Shown: positions 52,559-61,429 of the stretch, in pieces | Layout: each line of letters begins with the position of its first letter | Position numbering within the stretch: position 1 is the stretch's first letter | Virus record (IMG/VR): IMGVR_UViG_3300027608_000010 | Length of the DNA: 64,000 bases | Source of the DNA: a virus | Taxonomy: Duplodnaviria > Caudoviricetes | Reading direction: 5' to 3' (one strand) | Translations under genes and position numbers: made by a program | Notes under the pieces: model-generated | What the model was told of the DNA's origin: nothing | Databases searched by the model: none | What the model saw: the letters and a program-made list of their open reading frames with translations, nothing else

Positions 52559-53495
52559 CATCACAATACTTAAAGGCGGTTCTTTAAATTCGACATGCCT
52601 ACATGAAAACTCTATGGGTAAGTTTGTTAGAAAAAAAATAGCTACAGATAAGAATAGAGAATATGGATATGTTCGATGGTATAGTCAGCTAAAGAAATTA
52701 CAACGTTATAATAGTATGTTTCCTGGATTTGTTCCAAAGGTCTTGGATGCAGGAGTTAATGATAATGAAGCATACTTTGATATTGAATATATTGATGGTA
52801 TAGATATTAAGACTTTGTTTAAGAATAATCTAATAGATGATGTAGAAAAGTTGAATCAATCATTATGGGAAGCATTTGACTTGATACATCATAGGTCATA
52901 TAGTCCACTGCGTAGTTCTCTTATGCTTTACTTTATGGAAGAAGTAGAACAGAAACTACATGATGCACTAGAGTTCCCAGAGTTCAGAGACTTTTACATG
53001 ATGGATGTATATGAGTACAGGGGTGAAACATTTAGGGGCATGATCGGACAGCACGATAAGTTCAAAAAACTATTCAATAGAGATATTACTAGTGAAGGCT
53101 ATGTCCACGGCAATCCTACACTTGAAAACATACTATACAATACTGATACAAACAAAATAACCTTTATTGATTTATATGAAGAAGGGATAGTTGATAGTAG
53201 ATATTCAGATTATAGTCAGGTGTTACAATGCAGTAATAGTCACTATGGATTGATAAATGATTCAATAGTAACAATTAATGATAATCAGATTATGTCCGAT
53301 TATATTATACCAGATAAATTAGCAGAGTTCAATTCGTTGTTTATAGAAAATATTGAAGACAACACATCGTTGGTAATGCTATTTGAGGCTACCCAATATT
53401 TTAGAATGTTACCGTTTAAGTGTCATAGTGGTAACATATCTCACGCTAAGTTTTTTTATGGGTATGGATGCTATCTAGTAAATAAATTACTATGA
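52542..53495 (+). CDS. APH/choline-kinase-fold phosphotransferase
   Basis: FVRKK, YFDIEYI, HGNPTLENIL, FIDL; start placed at ATG 52542 rather than 52509. Confidence 0.7.
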   Translation: MPSTDNITILKGGSLNSTCLHENSMGKFVRKKIATDKNREYGYVRWYSQLKKLQRYNSMFPGFVPKVLDAGVNDNEAYFDIEYIDGIDIKTLFKNNLIDDVEKLNQSLWEAFDLIHHRSYSPLRSSLMLYFMEEVEQKLHDALEFPEFRDFYMMDVYEYRGETFRGMIGQHDKFKKLFNRDITSEGYVHGNPTLENILYNTDTNKITFIDLYEEGIVDSRYSDYSQVLQCSNSHYGLINDSIVTINDNQIMSDYIIPDKLAEFNSLFIENIEDNTSLVMLFEATQYFRMLPFKCHSGNISHAKFFYGYGCYLVNKLL

Positions 53496-54583
53496 TATGT
53501 AACATAAAAACATCACTCCCGATTGAATTTGAAATCCGTAAAGCTGTCAACGTATTATCGTTATCCGAAATTACTAGTAAAAGAAAAATTGTTATAATTG
53601 ACAGAAATGTTTATGAGTTATATTCCGATCAACTATTTGATGACGTAGATTCGTTGTTATTTATAGACTCGTCCGAAGAAAACAAAGATTGGACAACTGC
53701 GGAAATGGTACTAACCTTCTTAGAAGAAAATAAAATATTACGTAGGTCAGAACCAGTAATAGCAATAGGTGGCGGAGTCTTATTAGACTTAGTAGGATTT
53801 TGCTGTAGCATATATCGTAGGGGTATTCCTTACATTCGTATACCCACGACATTACTAGCAATCGTTGACGCTAGTGTGGGAGCAAAAACAAGCGTAAATC
53901 ATTTTAATAGAAGAAATCGTTTGGGTAGTTTTTATCCACCACAACTAACATTGATTGACACTACGTTTATCAAAACACAATCTGATAGAGAAATATCTAA
54001 TGGCTTTGCAGAGATATTAAAATTAGCAATCGTGTTAGATAGTAAGTTGTTTGAATTAATAGAAACAGATTCAGATAAGTTACTACAGTGCAAATTTCAA
54101 GATACCGCACATTCAACTGAAATAATTGAACGGGCAATTGCAGGTATGACCAAAGAACTTAATGATAATTTGTGGGAGCAAGAATTAGAAAGACCAGTAG
54201 ATTTTGGTCATTCATTCAGTCCCCTAATTGAAATGAAGAACGTACCTAATCTACTTCACGGAGAAGCAGTTATACTAGATTGTTTATTAAGTTGCTGTAT
54301 ATCAACTGTTAGAAACCTTCTCTCAGCGGATGAGTTAACTAGAATATTTAATTTGACTAGAAAAATGAATCTACCTGTAACTCATACTGATTTTTTAAAT
54401 AGCACATTATTGTTAGAAGGCTTGTCTGATGTAATGAAGCACAGAAACGGAAATCAATACTTACCTATACCAACATCTATTGGACAGTGTAAAATCATCA
54501 ATGACCTAACACCTGCTGAATTAGAATCAGCAATACAACTAATGAGATTATATGAAAAAGACCATATTGATTACTGGCACTAG
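53492..54583 (+). CDS. Sedoheptulose-7-phosphate cyclase, 2-epi-5-epi-valiolone synthase (EEVS)-type
   Basis: DHQS-family core (IGGGVLLD, RIPTTLL..VDASVGAKT, EILK) plus NLWEQELERPVDFGHSFSP and KHRNG, the EEVS-type signature rather than AroB NLGH or DDGS AYGH. Confidence 0.8.
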   Translation: MICNIKTSLPIEFEIRKAVNVLSLSEITSKRKIVIIDRNVYELYSDQLFDDVDSLLFIDSSEENKDWTTAEMVLTFLEENKILRRSEPVIAIGGGVLLDLVGFCCSIYRRGIPYIRIPTTLLAIVDASVGAKTSVNHFNRRNRLGSFYPPQLTLIDTTFIKTQSDREISNGFAEILKLAIVLDSKLFELIETDSDKLLQCKFQDTAHSTEIIERAIAGMTKELNDNLWEQELERPVDFGHSFSPLIEMKNVPNLLHGEAVILDCLLSCCISTVRNLLSADELTRIFNLTRKMNLPVTHTDFLNSTLLLEGLSDVMKHRNGNQYLPIPTSIGQCKIINDLTPAELESAIQLMRLYEKDHIDYWH

Positions 54584-55217
54584 TAGTGGTCTAGGTTTAG
54601 CTCTGGCAAAACACTATAGCAAGAATCACAATGTTATTGGATTAAGTAGAACCAATGTAGAAATGCCTAATTATACTCATCATATTTGTGATATTAGTAA
54701 CTTTGATAACGTATCTAAAACATTTTATTCCATCGGTGATAGTAAAATTGATTTACTGATTAATAATGCAGGGGTATTTGATATGGACAAGTTTACTCAA
54801 ACATCTATCCATACTATTGACCGTGTTATTAATACTAACCTGACAGGTGCCATGTATGTAACCAGATCAGCATTAGAGTCAATGCCAGATCATAGTAAAA
54901 TAGTCTTTATCAATAGTGTAGCAGGATTAGAAGAATTAGAGAATCAAAGTATATATTGTGCTAGTAAGTATGGTCTAACTGCATTTGCTGGAATACTTGG
55001 TAAAGAACTAAGAGACAGACATATCAAAGTCTCTAGCATACACCCCGGTGGGATTAATACCCCATTATGGGATAATACCCCATACCCGTTAGGAGATGCT
55101 ACTAATGCAATGGATCCAAATTCTATAATAGAAATTATCGACCTAATTGTAAACAGTAAATATGATATTGATTACAAAACTGTCAAAATGTTTCCGTCTA
55201 TTGAATGGCATAACTGA
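54552..55217 (+). CDS. Short-chain dehydrogenase/reductase
   Basis: TGTSSGLG, NNAG, S, YCASK. Confidence 0.92.
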   Translation: MKKTILITGTSSGLGLALAKHYSKNHNVIGLSRTNVEMPNYTHHICDISNFDNVSKTFYSIGDSKIDLLINNAGVFDMDKFTQTSIHTIDRVINTNLTGAMYVTRSALESMPDHSKIVFINSVAGLEELENQSIYCASKYGLTAFAGILGKELRDRHIKVSSIHPGGINTPLWDNTPYPLGDATNAMDPNSIIEIIDLIVNSKYDIDYKTVKMFPSIEWHN

Positions 55218-55227
55218 AAGATAAACT

Positions 55228-55344
55228 ATGAGAAACTTATTTCAAACACTATATTATAATACAATTGGAAAATTAGTTAGAGAATACAAGTATAGAAAAC
55301 GATTAAAAGAGTTACGTAAACGAGATCCATTTATCTACAAATGA
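55228..55344 (+). CDS. 38-aa basic protein (not in track)
   Basis: MRNLFQTLYYNTIGKLVREYKYRKRLKELRKRDPFIYK; ATGA overlap with the carbamoyltransferase. Confidence 0.6.
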   Translation: MRNLFQTLYYNTIGKLVREYKYRKRLKELRKRDPFIYK

Positions 55345-56864
55345 ATATACTAGGAATCAGTGCCGGCTTTCATGACGCTGCCATCTCAGTTGTTAACACC
55401 CAAGGTGATATACTGTTTGCCGGCCACAGCGAACGCTACAGCAAGATAAAAAACGATGCACACATCAGCGCAGGCTTGATTGAAGAAATCTTCGGATTTG
55501 ATATTGATACCATTGCCTACTATGAACGACCCTGGGCCAAACAACTGCGTAGGCTTTACAGTGGCGAAGGTGTGCAATGGGGAGCCCTGACTGTAGAGCA
55601 ATGCTTACAAAGAGAACTCGGCGATCATCTAAAAATTTCCAGAGAACAAAACATCACGGATCCTCTGCATCCTGCTACAAATCTAAGAACCAGATCCTTC
55701 AATCACCATCTTAGTCATGCAGCCGGTGGATTTCAAACAAGTCCGTATGATCGTGCTACAGTTGTTGTGATTGATGCCATAGGTGAGTGGGATACGATAT
55801 CGATCTGGGGAGCCGAGTATGACAAGAGAGGCCGAGCACAGTATAAGAGATTGTGGACACAGCGCTATCCTCACAGCCTAGGTTTGTTTTATAGTGCAAT
55901 TACTAAGCGTGTGGGCCTACACCCATTAGACGAAGAATACATTACTATGGGCATGGCTGCTTATGGTGATGACCATTACCATGATCTTATGGAGGCAGTA
56001 TTGATCAGCGATGCAGACTCCATAGAATTCAAACAAAACTTGCACATAGGCGTTAGTGATAAATTCATGGACGGACTGGATCACATGGATATCGCTGCCA
56101 GTGCTCAACGGTTGTTACAACGACTAATAGGTAATGTCATGCGTAGAGCCAGGGATTTTAAGTGGTCAACCAATCTTGTGTATCAGGGTGGTGTTGCACT
56201 CAACTGTCTGGCCAATAGACAACTAGGAAGATTTTTTGAAAATATTTGGATTATGCCTTGCCCCGGTGATGCTGGCAGTAGTCTTGGCGCTGCTGCTCTT
56301 GCTCATGGTGGCAGGATTAATTGGACTACTGCTTTCTTGGGTCATGCTATACCCGGTAACTATCCCGTTAATGATGCTCTTAATCATCTCATTACTAATA
56401 GTATTGTTGGTGTAGCAAGTGGGCGTGCAGAATTTGGCCCAAGAGCATTGGGAAATAGAAGCCTACTTGCAGACCCAAGAGGAAAAGAAATAAAGGACCA
56501 AGTAAATGCAATCAAACGCAGACAAAAGTTTCGACCCTTTGCCCCTGTTATACTGGCTGAACTGGCTGATGACTATTTTGATATCAAGCCCGGCTGGCAT
56601 ACTCACAGTTATATGCAGTCAGTCGCTAGTTGCCGCGATCCTAATCTTTACCCTGCTATATGTCATGTTGATGGCACCAGTAGAGTACAAACGGTGGCAA
56701 AGGATGGATCAGGTATAAGACAGTTGTTAGAAGCCTGGTATGCACAAACAGGTTGCCCAATGTTATTGAACACTAGTCTTAACATACGCGGTGAACCCAT
56801 GGTAAATGATAGAACTGATGCTGATAGATTTCAGAATTTATACAATGTACAGGTCTTTTCGTGA
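55341..56864 (+). CDS. O-carbamoyltransferase (NodU/CmcH/TobZ family)
   Basis: GISAGFHDAA, ERYSKIKND, HHLSHAA, GGVALNC, GDAG, EFGPRALGNRS, KRRQKFRPFAP, DGTSRVQTV, LLNTSLN. Confidence 0.92.
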   Translation: MNILGISAGFHDAAISVVNTQGDILFAGHSERYSKIKNDAHISAGLIEEIFGFDIDTIAYYERPWAKQLRRLYSGEGVQWGALTVEQCLQRELGDHLKISREQNITDPLHPATNLRTRSFNHHLSHAAGGFQTSPYDRATVVVIDAIGEWDTISIWGAEYDKRGRAQYKRLWTQRYPHSLGLFYSAITKRVGLHPLDEEYITMGMAAYGDDHYHDLMEAVLISDADSIEFKQNLHIGVSDKFMDGLDHMDIAASAQRLLQRLIGNVMRRARDFKWSTNLVYQGGVALNCLANRQLGRFFENIWIMPCPGDAGSSLGAAALAHGGRINWTTAFLGHAIPGNYPVNDALNHLITNSIVGVASGRAEFGPRALGNRSLLADPRGKEIKDQVNAIKRRQKFRPFAPVILAELADDYFDIKPGWHTHSYMQSVASCRDPNLYPAICHVDGTSRVQTVAKDGSGIRQLLEAWYAQTGCPMLLNTSLNIRGEPMVNDRTDADRFQNLYNVQVFS

Positions 56865-59389
56865 TAGATATAGCGCATAGAAAAAAACTTTGGGATCAAG
56901 GATATTGGGAAATACCTGAAGGGTTAGATATAACTAACTTTGACTTCTCATGGAGACCAGAATCACATGATAGACCTTATATACATCAGTTTGGTACCCA
57001 GCATCAAAAGACAGGTGGACCAAGATTTGTAATTCCTGAAAATGAGGGTATCAAATATCAAAATTATCAACATGCAATAAGATTGCCTACTCCTGATATC
57101 AGATGTTGGCGACCATTGGTATCAAACATAGATTTTGATTATAGCTGGCACCCAGATGATACAGAACCTCCGTTCATTTATGTATTTGGTAACCAATGGC
57201 ATGACTCAGTTGAAATGCCGACTATACAATATAAAGTTTCAGGTGCAACTGAAAAGAAGTATGTTAATACAATAAAAGCAAAATTATTACCTGATAAAAC
57301 TAATTGGATCATACCTGATGATATAGAGGATAACTTTGACTATAGCTGGGTTCCTAGCCCCAAAGAACCATCTTTCATTTGGGAATTTGGAACACAATGG
57401 CAATCAACCGGTGGACCGAGTTATGTTGCACACGGCGCAACTTATACAAAATACTCTAAAGAATTGAATGCTACTAAGAAAAGTAATAATGAAGATAGAT
57501 GCTGGAGACCATTATTTCCCAATATAGACTTTGACTATAGTTGGCACCCCGATAAAAATGATCCGCCATACATATATGTGTTTGGCAATCAATGGTATGA
57601 TAGTTTAACAATGCCAACATTGTTATATAGGGTGAAAGGTGCAACTGAAAAGAAATATATGACTGACATAAAGGTCACGCTAACTCCTAATAAATCTTTG
57701 TGGTCTATACCAGATGACATAGAAGATGATTTTGATTATAGTTGGCTACCACACCCTGATGAACCGGCATATATATGGCAGTTCGGCACACAATGGCAGA
57801 AGAACGGTGGACCAAAGTATACTGCAATCAATGCAACTGTAGTTAAACATTCTGATTTGTTTAAAGCAACCAAAAAGAATATTAAAGAAAATCGTTTATA
57901 CAGACCATTAGTGTCAAATATTGAATTTGACTATAGCTGGCACCCGGATGAAGATGAACCACCATACATATATGTATTCGGCAATCAATGGTATGATAGT
58001 TTAAAAATGCCGACATTGGTATACCGAGTTAAAAGAGCTACTGAGAAGAAATATATGACTGACATAAAGGTCACGCTAACTCCTAATAAATCTTTGTGGT
58101 CTATACCAGATGACATAGAAGATGATTTTGATTATAGTTGGCTACCAGACCCCATAGAGCCACCATTTATTTGGCAGTTCGGCACACAATGGCAGAGGAA
58201 CGGTGGACCAAAGTATAATGCACTAGGAGCAAACATAATTAAACATTCTGATTTGTTCAAGGCAACTAAAAAATCTAATATTCGTAATTGGCGTTTTATT
58301 GAATCTATTAATAAAGAAACATTTGACTTTAGTTGGCACCCAGATGAAACAGAAGAAAACTTTAACCACATTGTTGGTACTAAGTTTCATACACCTGAGA
58401 TAATGCCTGCAATTATGTATCGTGGACACAATGATGCAAGAACTAACAAATATACTACAGAGATATGTGCTGATTTGACGATAGATAAGATTGTATATGA
58501 GGATAGCATATTTGATGCATGTATGGAACATAAATTCTCTACTGCTTATGCACATTTTGTAAAGAATACTAATAGCAACTACACACATGATTTGATTAAG
58601 GCTGATAATATCAGCGTACATTTATTTCCAAGCGAGGCGATTATTCCTAAGTCAGCAGTTACATTCTTCTATGATAAGATTACTGACTATGACCATGTTA
58701 TTGAACATGAATTTGAAGAAACAGTTGAGCCACTAGATGTTATATTCTTTAGTAACGGTGAAGCATGTGCTGATGACAATTATAATCATTTATTGTCACT
58801 TAATTTACCTAATAGAATTGTGCGTATTGACAGAGTGAAAGGTCGTGTTGCAAGTCAACATGCGGCAGCAAATGCTAGTAATACCCCCTGGTACTTCTTG
58901 GTAAATGCTAAGTTAAAAGTAAGAGATGACTTTGACTTCAATTGGCAACCAAACATATACAAATCACGTAGACACTATATATTCAGGGCAACTAATCCTG
59001 TAAATGGATTAGTGTATGGTCACCAAGCTATTGTCGCAAACAACAAGAAACTTACTTTGAACACTGTAGTTCGTGGGTTAGACTTTACAATGGACAGTGC
59101 AACAGAAGTAGTTGACATTAACTCCGGAGTAGCAATGTACAATACTAGTGCGTGGGATACTTGGAGAACAGCATTTAGAGAAATGATTAAACTATGTTGC
59201 AACACAGACCAAGATTCAATTGACAGAGGCGCAGCCTGGTTGAATAAGGGTTACGGAGACTTTGGTGAATACAGCAAGTTGGGTGCAAAAGATGCAGTTG
59301 ATTATTATAACAGTGTTGATGGTAATATGGAAAAACTTATGCTAAGTTATGATTGGGAATGGTTGTATCAGTATTACCAAAATAGTTGA
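56861..59389 (+). CDS. Trp-rich tandem-repeat protein with a C-terminal domain paralogous to ORF 43853
   Basis: Eight FD[YF]SW.P units; C-terminal IFFSNGE...RIDRVKG...HAAA...WRTAFRE aligns with ORF 43853. Confidence 0.7.
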   Translation: MIDIAHRKKLWDQGYWEIPEGLDITNFDFSWRPESHDRPYIHQFGTQHQKTGGPRFVIPENEGIKYQNYQHAIRLPTPDIRCWRPLVSNIDFDYSWHPDDTEPPFIYVFGNQWHDSVEMPTIQYKVSGATEKKYVNTIKAKLLPDKTNWIIPDDIEDNFDYSWVPSPKEPSFIWEFGTQWQSTGGPSYVAHGATYTKYSKELNATKKSNNEDRCWRPLFPNIDFDYSWHPDKNDPPYIYVFGNQWYDSLTMPTLLYRVKGATEKKYMTDIKVTLTPNKSLWSIPDDIEDDFDYSWLPHPDEPAYIWQFGTQWQKNGGPKYTAINATVVKHSDLFKATKKNIKENRLYRPLVSNIEFDYSWHPDEDEPPYIYVFGNQWYDSLKMPTLVYRVKRATEKKYMTDIKVTLTPNKSLWSIPDDIEDDFDYSWLPDPIEPPFIWQFGTQWQRNGGPKYNALGANIIKHSDLFKATKKSNIRNWRFIESINKETFDFSWHPDETEENFNHIVGTKFHTPEIMPAIMYRGHNDARTNKYTTEICADLTIDKIVYEDSIFDACMEHKFSTAYAHFVKNTNSNYTHDLIKADNISVHLFPSEAIIPKSAVTFFYDKITDYDHVIEHEFEETVEPLDVIFFSNGEACADDNYNHLLSLNLPNRIVRIDRVKGRVASQHAAANASNTPWYFLVNAKLKVRDDFDFNWQPNIYKSRRHYIFRATNPVNGLVYGHQAIVANNKKLTLNTVVRGLDFTMDSATEVVDINSGVAMYNTSAWDTWRTAFREMIKLCCNTDQDSIDRGAAWLNKGYGDFGEYSKLGAKDAVDYYNSVDGNMEKLMLSYDWEWLYQYYQNS
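57651..58147 (+). repeat. Intragenic tandem repeat, 396-bp period
   Basis: 57651-57751 is identical to 58047-58147. Confidence 0.95.
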
Positions 59390-59414
59390 CCTTAACTAAA
59401 TACTATGATACGAT
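59386..59414 (+). promoter_or_regulatory. Sigma70 promoter with embedded late motif
   Basis: TTGACC-17 nt-TACGAT, CTAAATA within the spacer. Confidence 0.55.
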
Positions 59415-59424
59415 AAGGACTGTC

Positions 59425-59571
59425 ATGGAACTAGTACGATACAGAGATGCGGGTATGAATACATATACTTGGTTTTATGTAAATGACAAAAAACATTGTA
59501 TTAGTCCTTTTTTTGATAGTGAGCAAGAAGCCAAAGATTGGTTTGAAAAAGTTTTTGATGGTGATGAATGA
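59425..59571 (+). CDS. Hypothetical 48-aa protein
   Basis: ATG 59425 with an AAGGA SD; the track start at 59386 coincides with the -35 box. Confidence 0.5.
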   Translation: MELVRYRDAGMNTYTWFYVNDKKHCISPFFDSEQEAKDWFEKVFDGDE

Positions 59572-60326
59572 GTGATGAAAAAATAACATTATTTGCGAAC
59601 GGATGTAGTCATACAGCTGGTTCTGAAATAGAACATGAGTACCAAGGATATTGTTATCATAAAGCCTGGCCCCGCTGGTTAGCAGATGATAAAAATTGGA
59701 ATTGGGTTAATAAAGCGGAACCAGGCGGAAGTAATGAGGGAATTAGTAGAAGTACTATTGAATGGATTACTCAGAATGTGGTTATTGAAAAAAAATATAA
59801 TCATACTAATTTAATAGTAATGATTCTGTGGTCGGGCTTTAATAGATTTGAAGTATGGAATCCCGGAGACGGTAAATTTATATCAGTCTCAGGTATTAGT
59901 ACTGATGAAGCACCAGATATAATGGAATATATTAAGTTAAGAACAATAATAGATTTGTCCCCGGTAACTGAATATAAAAATCTATTGGATATGTACCTTA
60001 CTGCAATATTCTTAGAATCACTGAATATTAAATATTATTTTGCTAATGCATTGTACGATTGGCCAACAGTGGAAGAATTCACCGGTAACAAATGGTTATC
60101 TGACCGGTATGAAATAATTTATAAAGCATATGGAGATAGAAGACACCGACATTTAGGATTTACTGATCCAAAAGAACGTTTTGGGGAATACTTAACACAG
60201 TACCCACTTAGTCCGTATGCACGGTTCGGTCATTGGGGAGTAGATGGTCATCAAAAATGGAAAGATTACTTATTACAATGGATGAGTCAATTAGATAATC
60301 CGATAGATATCATCCAAAATAATTGA
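59568..60326 (+). CDS. SGNH hydrolase-like protein
   Basis: GCSHTAG, GGSN, HWGVDGH. Confidence 0.7.
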   Translation: MSDEKITLFANGCSHTAGSEIEHEYQGYCYHKAWPRWLADDKNWNWVNKAEPGGSNEGISRSTIEWITQNVVIEKKYNHTNLIVMILWSGFNRFEVWNPGDGKFISVSGISTDEAPDIMEYIKLRTIIDLSPVTEYKNLLDMYLTAIFLESLNIKYYFANALYDWPTVEEFTGNKWLSDRYEIIYKAYGDRRHRHLGFTDPKERFGEYLTQYPLSPYARFGHWGVDGHQKWKDYLLQWMSQLDNPIDIIQNN

Positions 60327-60351
60327 CAACAAAGCTGAATAAATATATACT
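60323..60351 (+). promoter_or_regulatory. Sigma70 promoter with embedded late motif
   Basis: TTGACA-17 nt-TATACT; ATAAATA at 60339-60345. Confidence 0.7.
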
Positions 60352-60427
60352 GTAAGTTATTGCTGTATGAAGTACAAGAGTAAGGTTTTATGTTTGAAAA
60401 AGTCTTTTATGAAATTTAGGAGTAATT

Positions 60428-60820
60428 ATGAAAAAAGTATTATTTGGATTAATGTTAGTATCTAGTATATCTTATGCACAAGATGTATATGTGATTAGTA
60501 GTCAGCCTAGATTTGTGACAATGCAACAACAGCAATGCCGCACGGTATCACAATATGAAGATAACAGTGGAGTCGGTACTGTAATTGGTGCAATCGCAGG
60601 TGGTGTCATTGGACATCAAATCGGCGGCGGCTTTGGTCGTGATGTAGCAACAGTATTAGGCACTGGTATAGGTGCTTCAGTTGGTCAACGTATTGGCCAG
60701 GATCAACGCCAAGTTGTAAACAAACAAGTTTGTGATTTAGTGCCCGTCACTATACAACAAGGTGAAGTTGTAACATTTAATTACAAAGGACGAGTGTTTA
60801 CACAAGTTTTTGGTAATTGA
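60428..60820 (+). CDS. Secreted glycine-zipper 2TM protein
   Basis: Signal peptide; GTVIGAIAGGVIGHQIGGG.GRDVATVLGTGIGASVG. Confidence 0.8.
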   Translation: MKKVLFGLMLVSSISYAQDVYVISSQPRFVTMQQQQCRTVSQYEDNSGVGTVIGAIAGGVIGHQIGGGFGRDVATVLGTGIGASVGQRIGQDQRQVVNKQVCDLVPVTIQQGEVVTFNYKGRVFTQVFGN

Positions 60821-60832
60821 TTTAAGATTTTT

Positions 60833-60934
60833 ATGTTTGAAAATTGGCATTGGGTTTATATGTGGGGCATCTTAGTTATAGTCAACTATATGTTCTGGAT
60901 AGTAAAAAATCTTTTTGACAGTGTGAAAGAGTAA
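60833..60934 (+). CDS. 33-aa putative membrane peptide (not in track)
   Basis: MFENWHWVYMWGILVIVNYMFWIVKNLFDSVKE. Confidence 0.4.
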   Translation: MFENWHWVYMWGILVIVNYMFWIVKNLFDSVKE

Positions 60935-61215
60935 GAACAGCGTAAACCTGCTGAGGAAACACTGGCGACACGGGAGTTCAATTCTCCCCACCTCCACCAA
61001 AAGCACATTCGGTATGCACATAGCATACAGAGACATTAGAAACATGATTGTGCTTTTGATGGGGGTGACATGGGATCGACCGACAGGATAGTACAAAGAT
61101 TAGGCGCTCATCAGAGTAGATGTTAAAACTAAACAAAAGTAACCGCAAACGACTCACAGTTCGCATTAGCAGCCTAAACACTGCTTAGGGTAAGACATAC
61201 CTCGTAACAGAAAAT
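60935..61215 (+). ncRNA. ssrA: Circularly permuted (two-piece) tmRNA; outer boundaries approximate
   Basis: T-arm GGGAG-TTCAATT-CTCCC and CACCTCC-ACCA (60972-60999) precede GGGGGTG (61061-61067), forming an acceptor stem with G3.U70; intervening segment closed by CAAAAGCACA/TGTGCTTTTG; tag ANDSQFALAA-stop at 61145-61177. Confidence 0.92.
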
Positions 61216-61217
61216 CA

Positions 61218-61243
61218 GAAAAGGCTCTTCGGAGCCTTTTTCT
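61218..61243 (+). terminator. Intrinsic terminator after tmRNA
   Basis: AAAAGGCTC-TTCG-GAGCCTTTT followed by further T. Confidence 0.85.
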
Positions 61244-61357
61244 CTAAGTGTTTACACTTAGTAAGAACAATGAATTTCACTATGTTATTTTTGATTTTTC
61301 CGTGTATAATAGTGATACATACTATGACAGTATGTCAAACTTAACCAGGAGAAAACT

Positions 61358-61429
61358 ATGTGGACAAAACCAACAGCATCTGATATGCGTTTCGGTTTCG
61401 AAATCACGATGTATATTGCCAACCGCTGA
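61358..61429 (+). CDS. pqqA: PQQ precursor peptide PqqA (not in track)
   Basis: [23 protein letters not shown]: 23 aa with the W.KP, R.G.E and E-x-x-x-Y pattern; AGGAG SD at 61347-61351; TATAAT at 61305-61310. Confidence 0.9.
   Translation: MWTKPTASDMRFGFEITMYIANR

Noticed and set aside
53492-54583. AroB, or a mycosporine/gadusol sunscreen pathway
   Set aside because: The DFGH/NLWE signature is EEVS-type; no O-methyltransferase, ATP-grasp or MT-Ox partner is present.
1497-59205. Numerous 60-130 aa opposite-strand or out-of-frame ORFs nested in long genes
   Set aside because: Shadow ORFs of real genes; no RBS or protein-like motifs.
60961-60999. tRNA gene
   Set aside because: T-arm and CCA have no upstream D or anticodon arms; explained as the tmRNA acceptor piece.
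61244-61261. Palindrome CTAAGTGT-TT-ACACTTAG after the tmRNA terminator
   Set aside because: Single AT-rich copy with no other supporting context.
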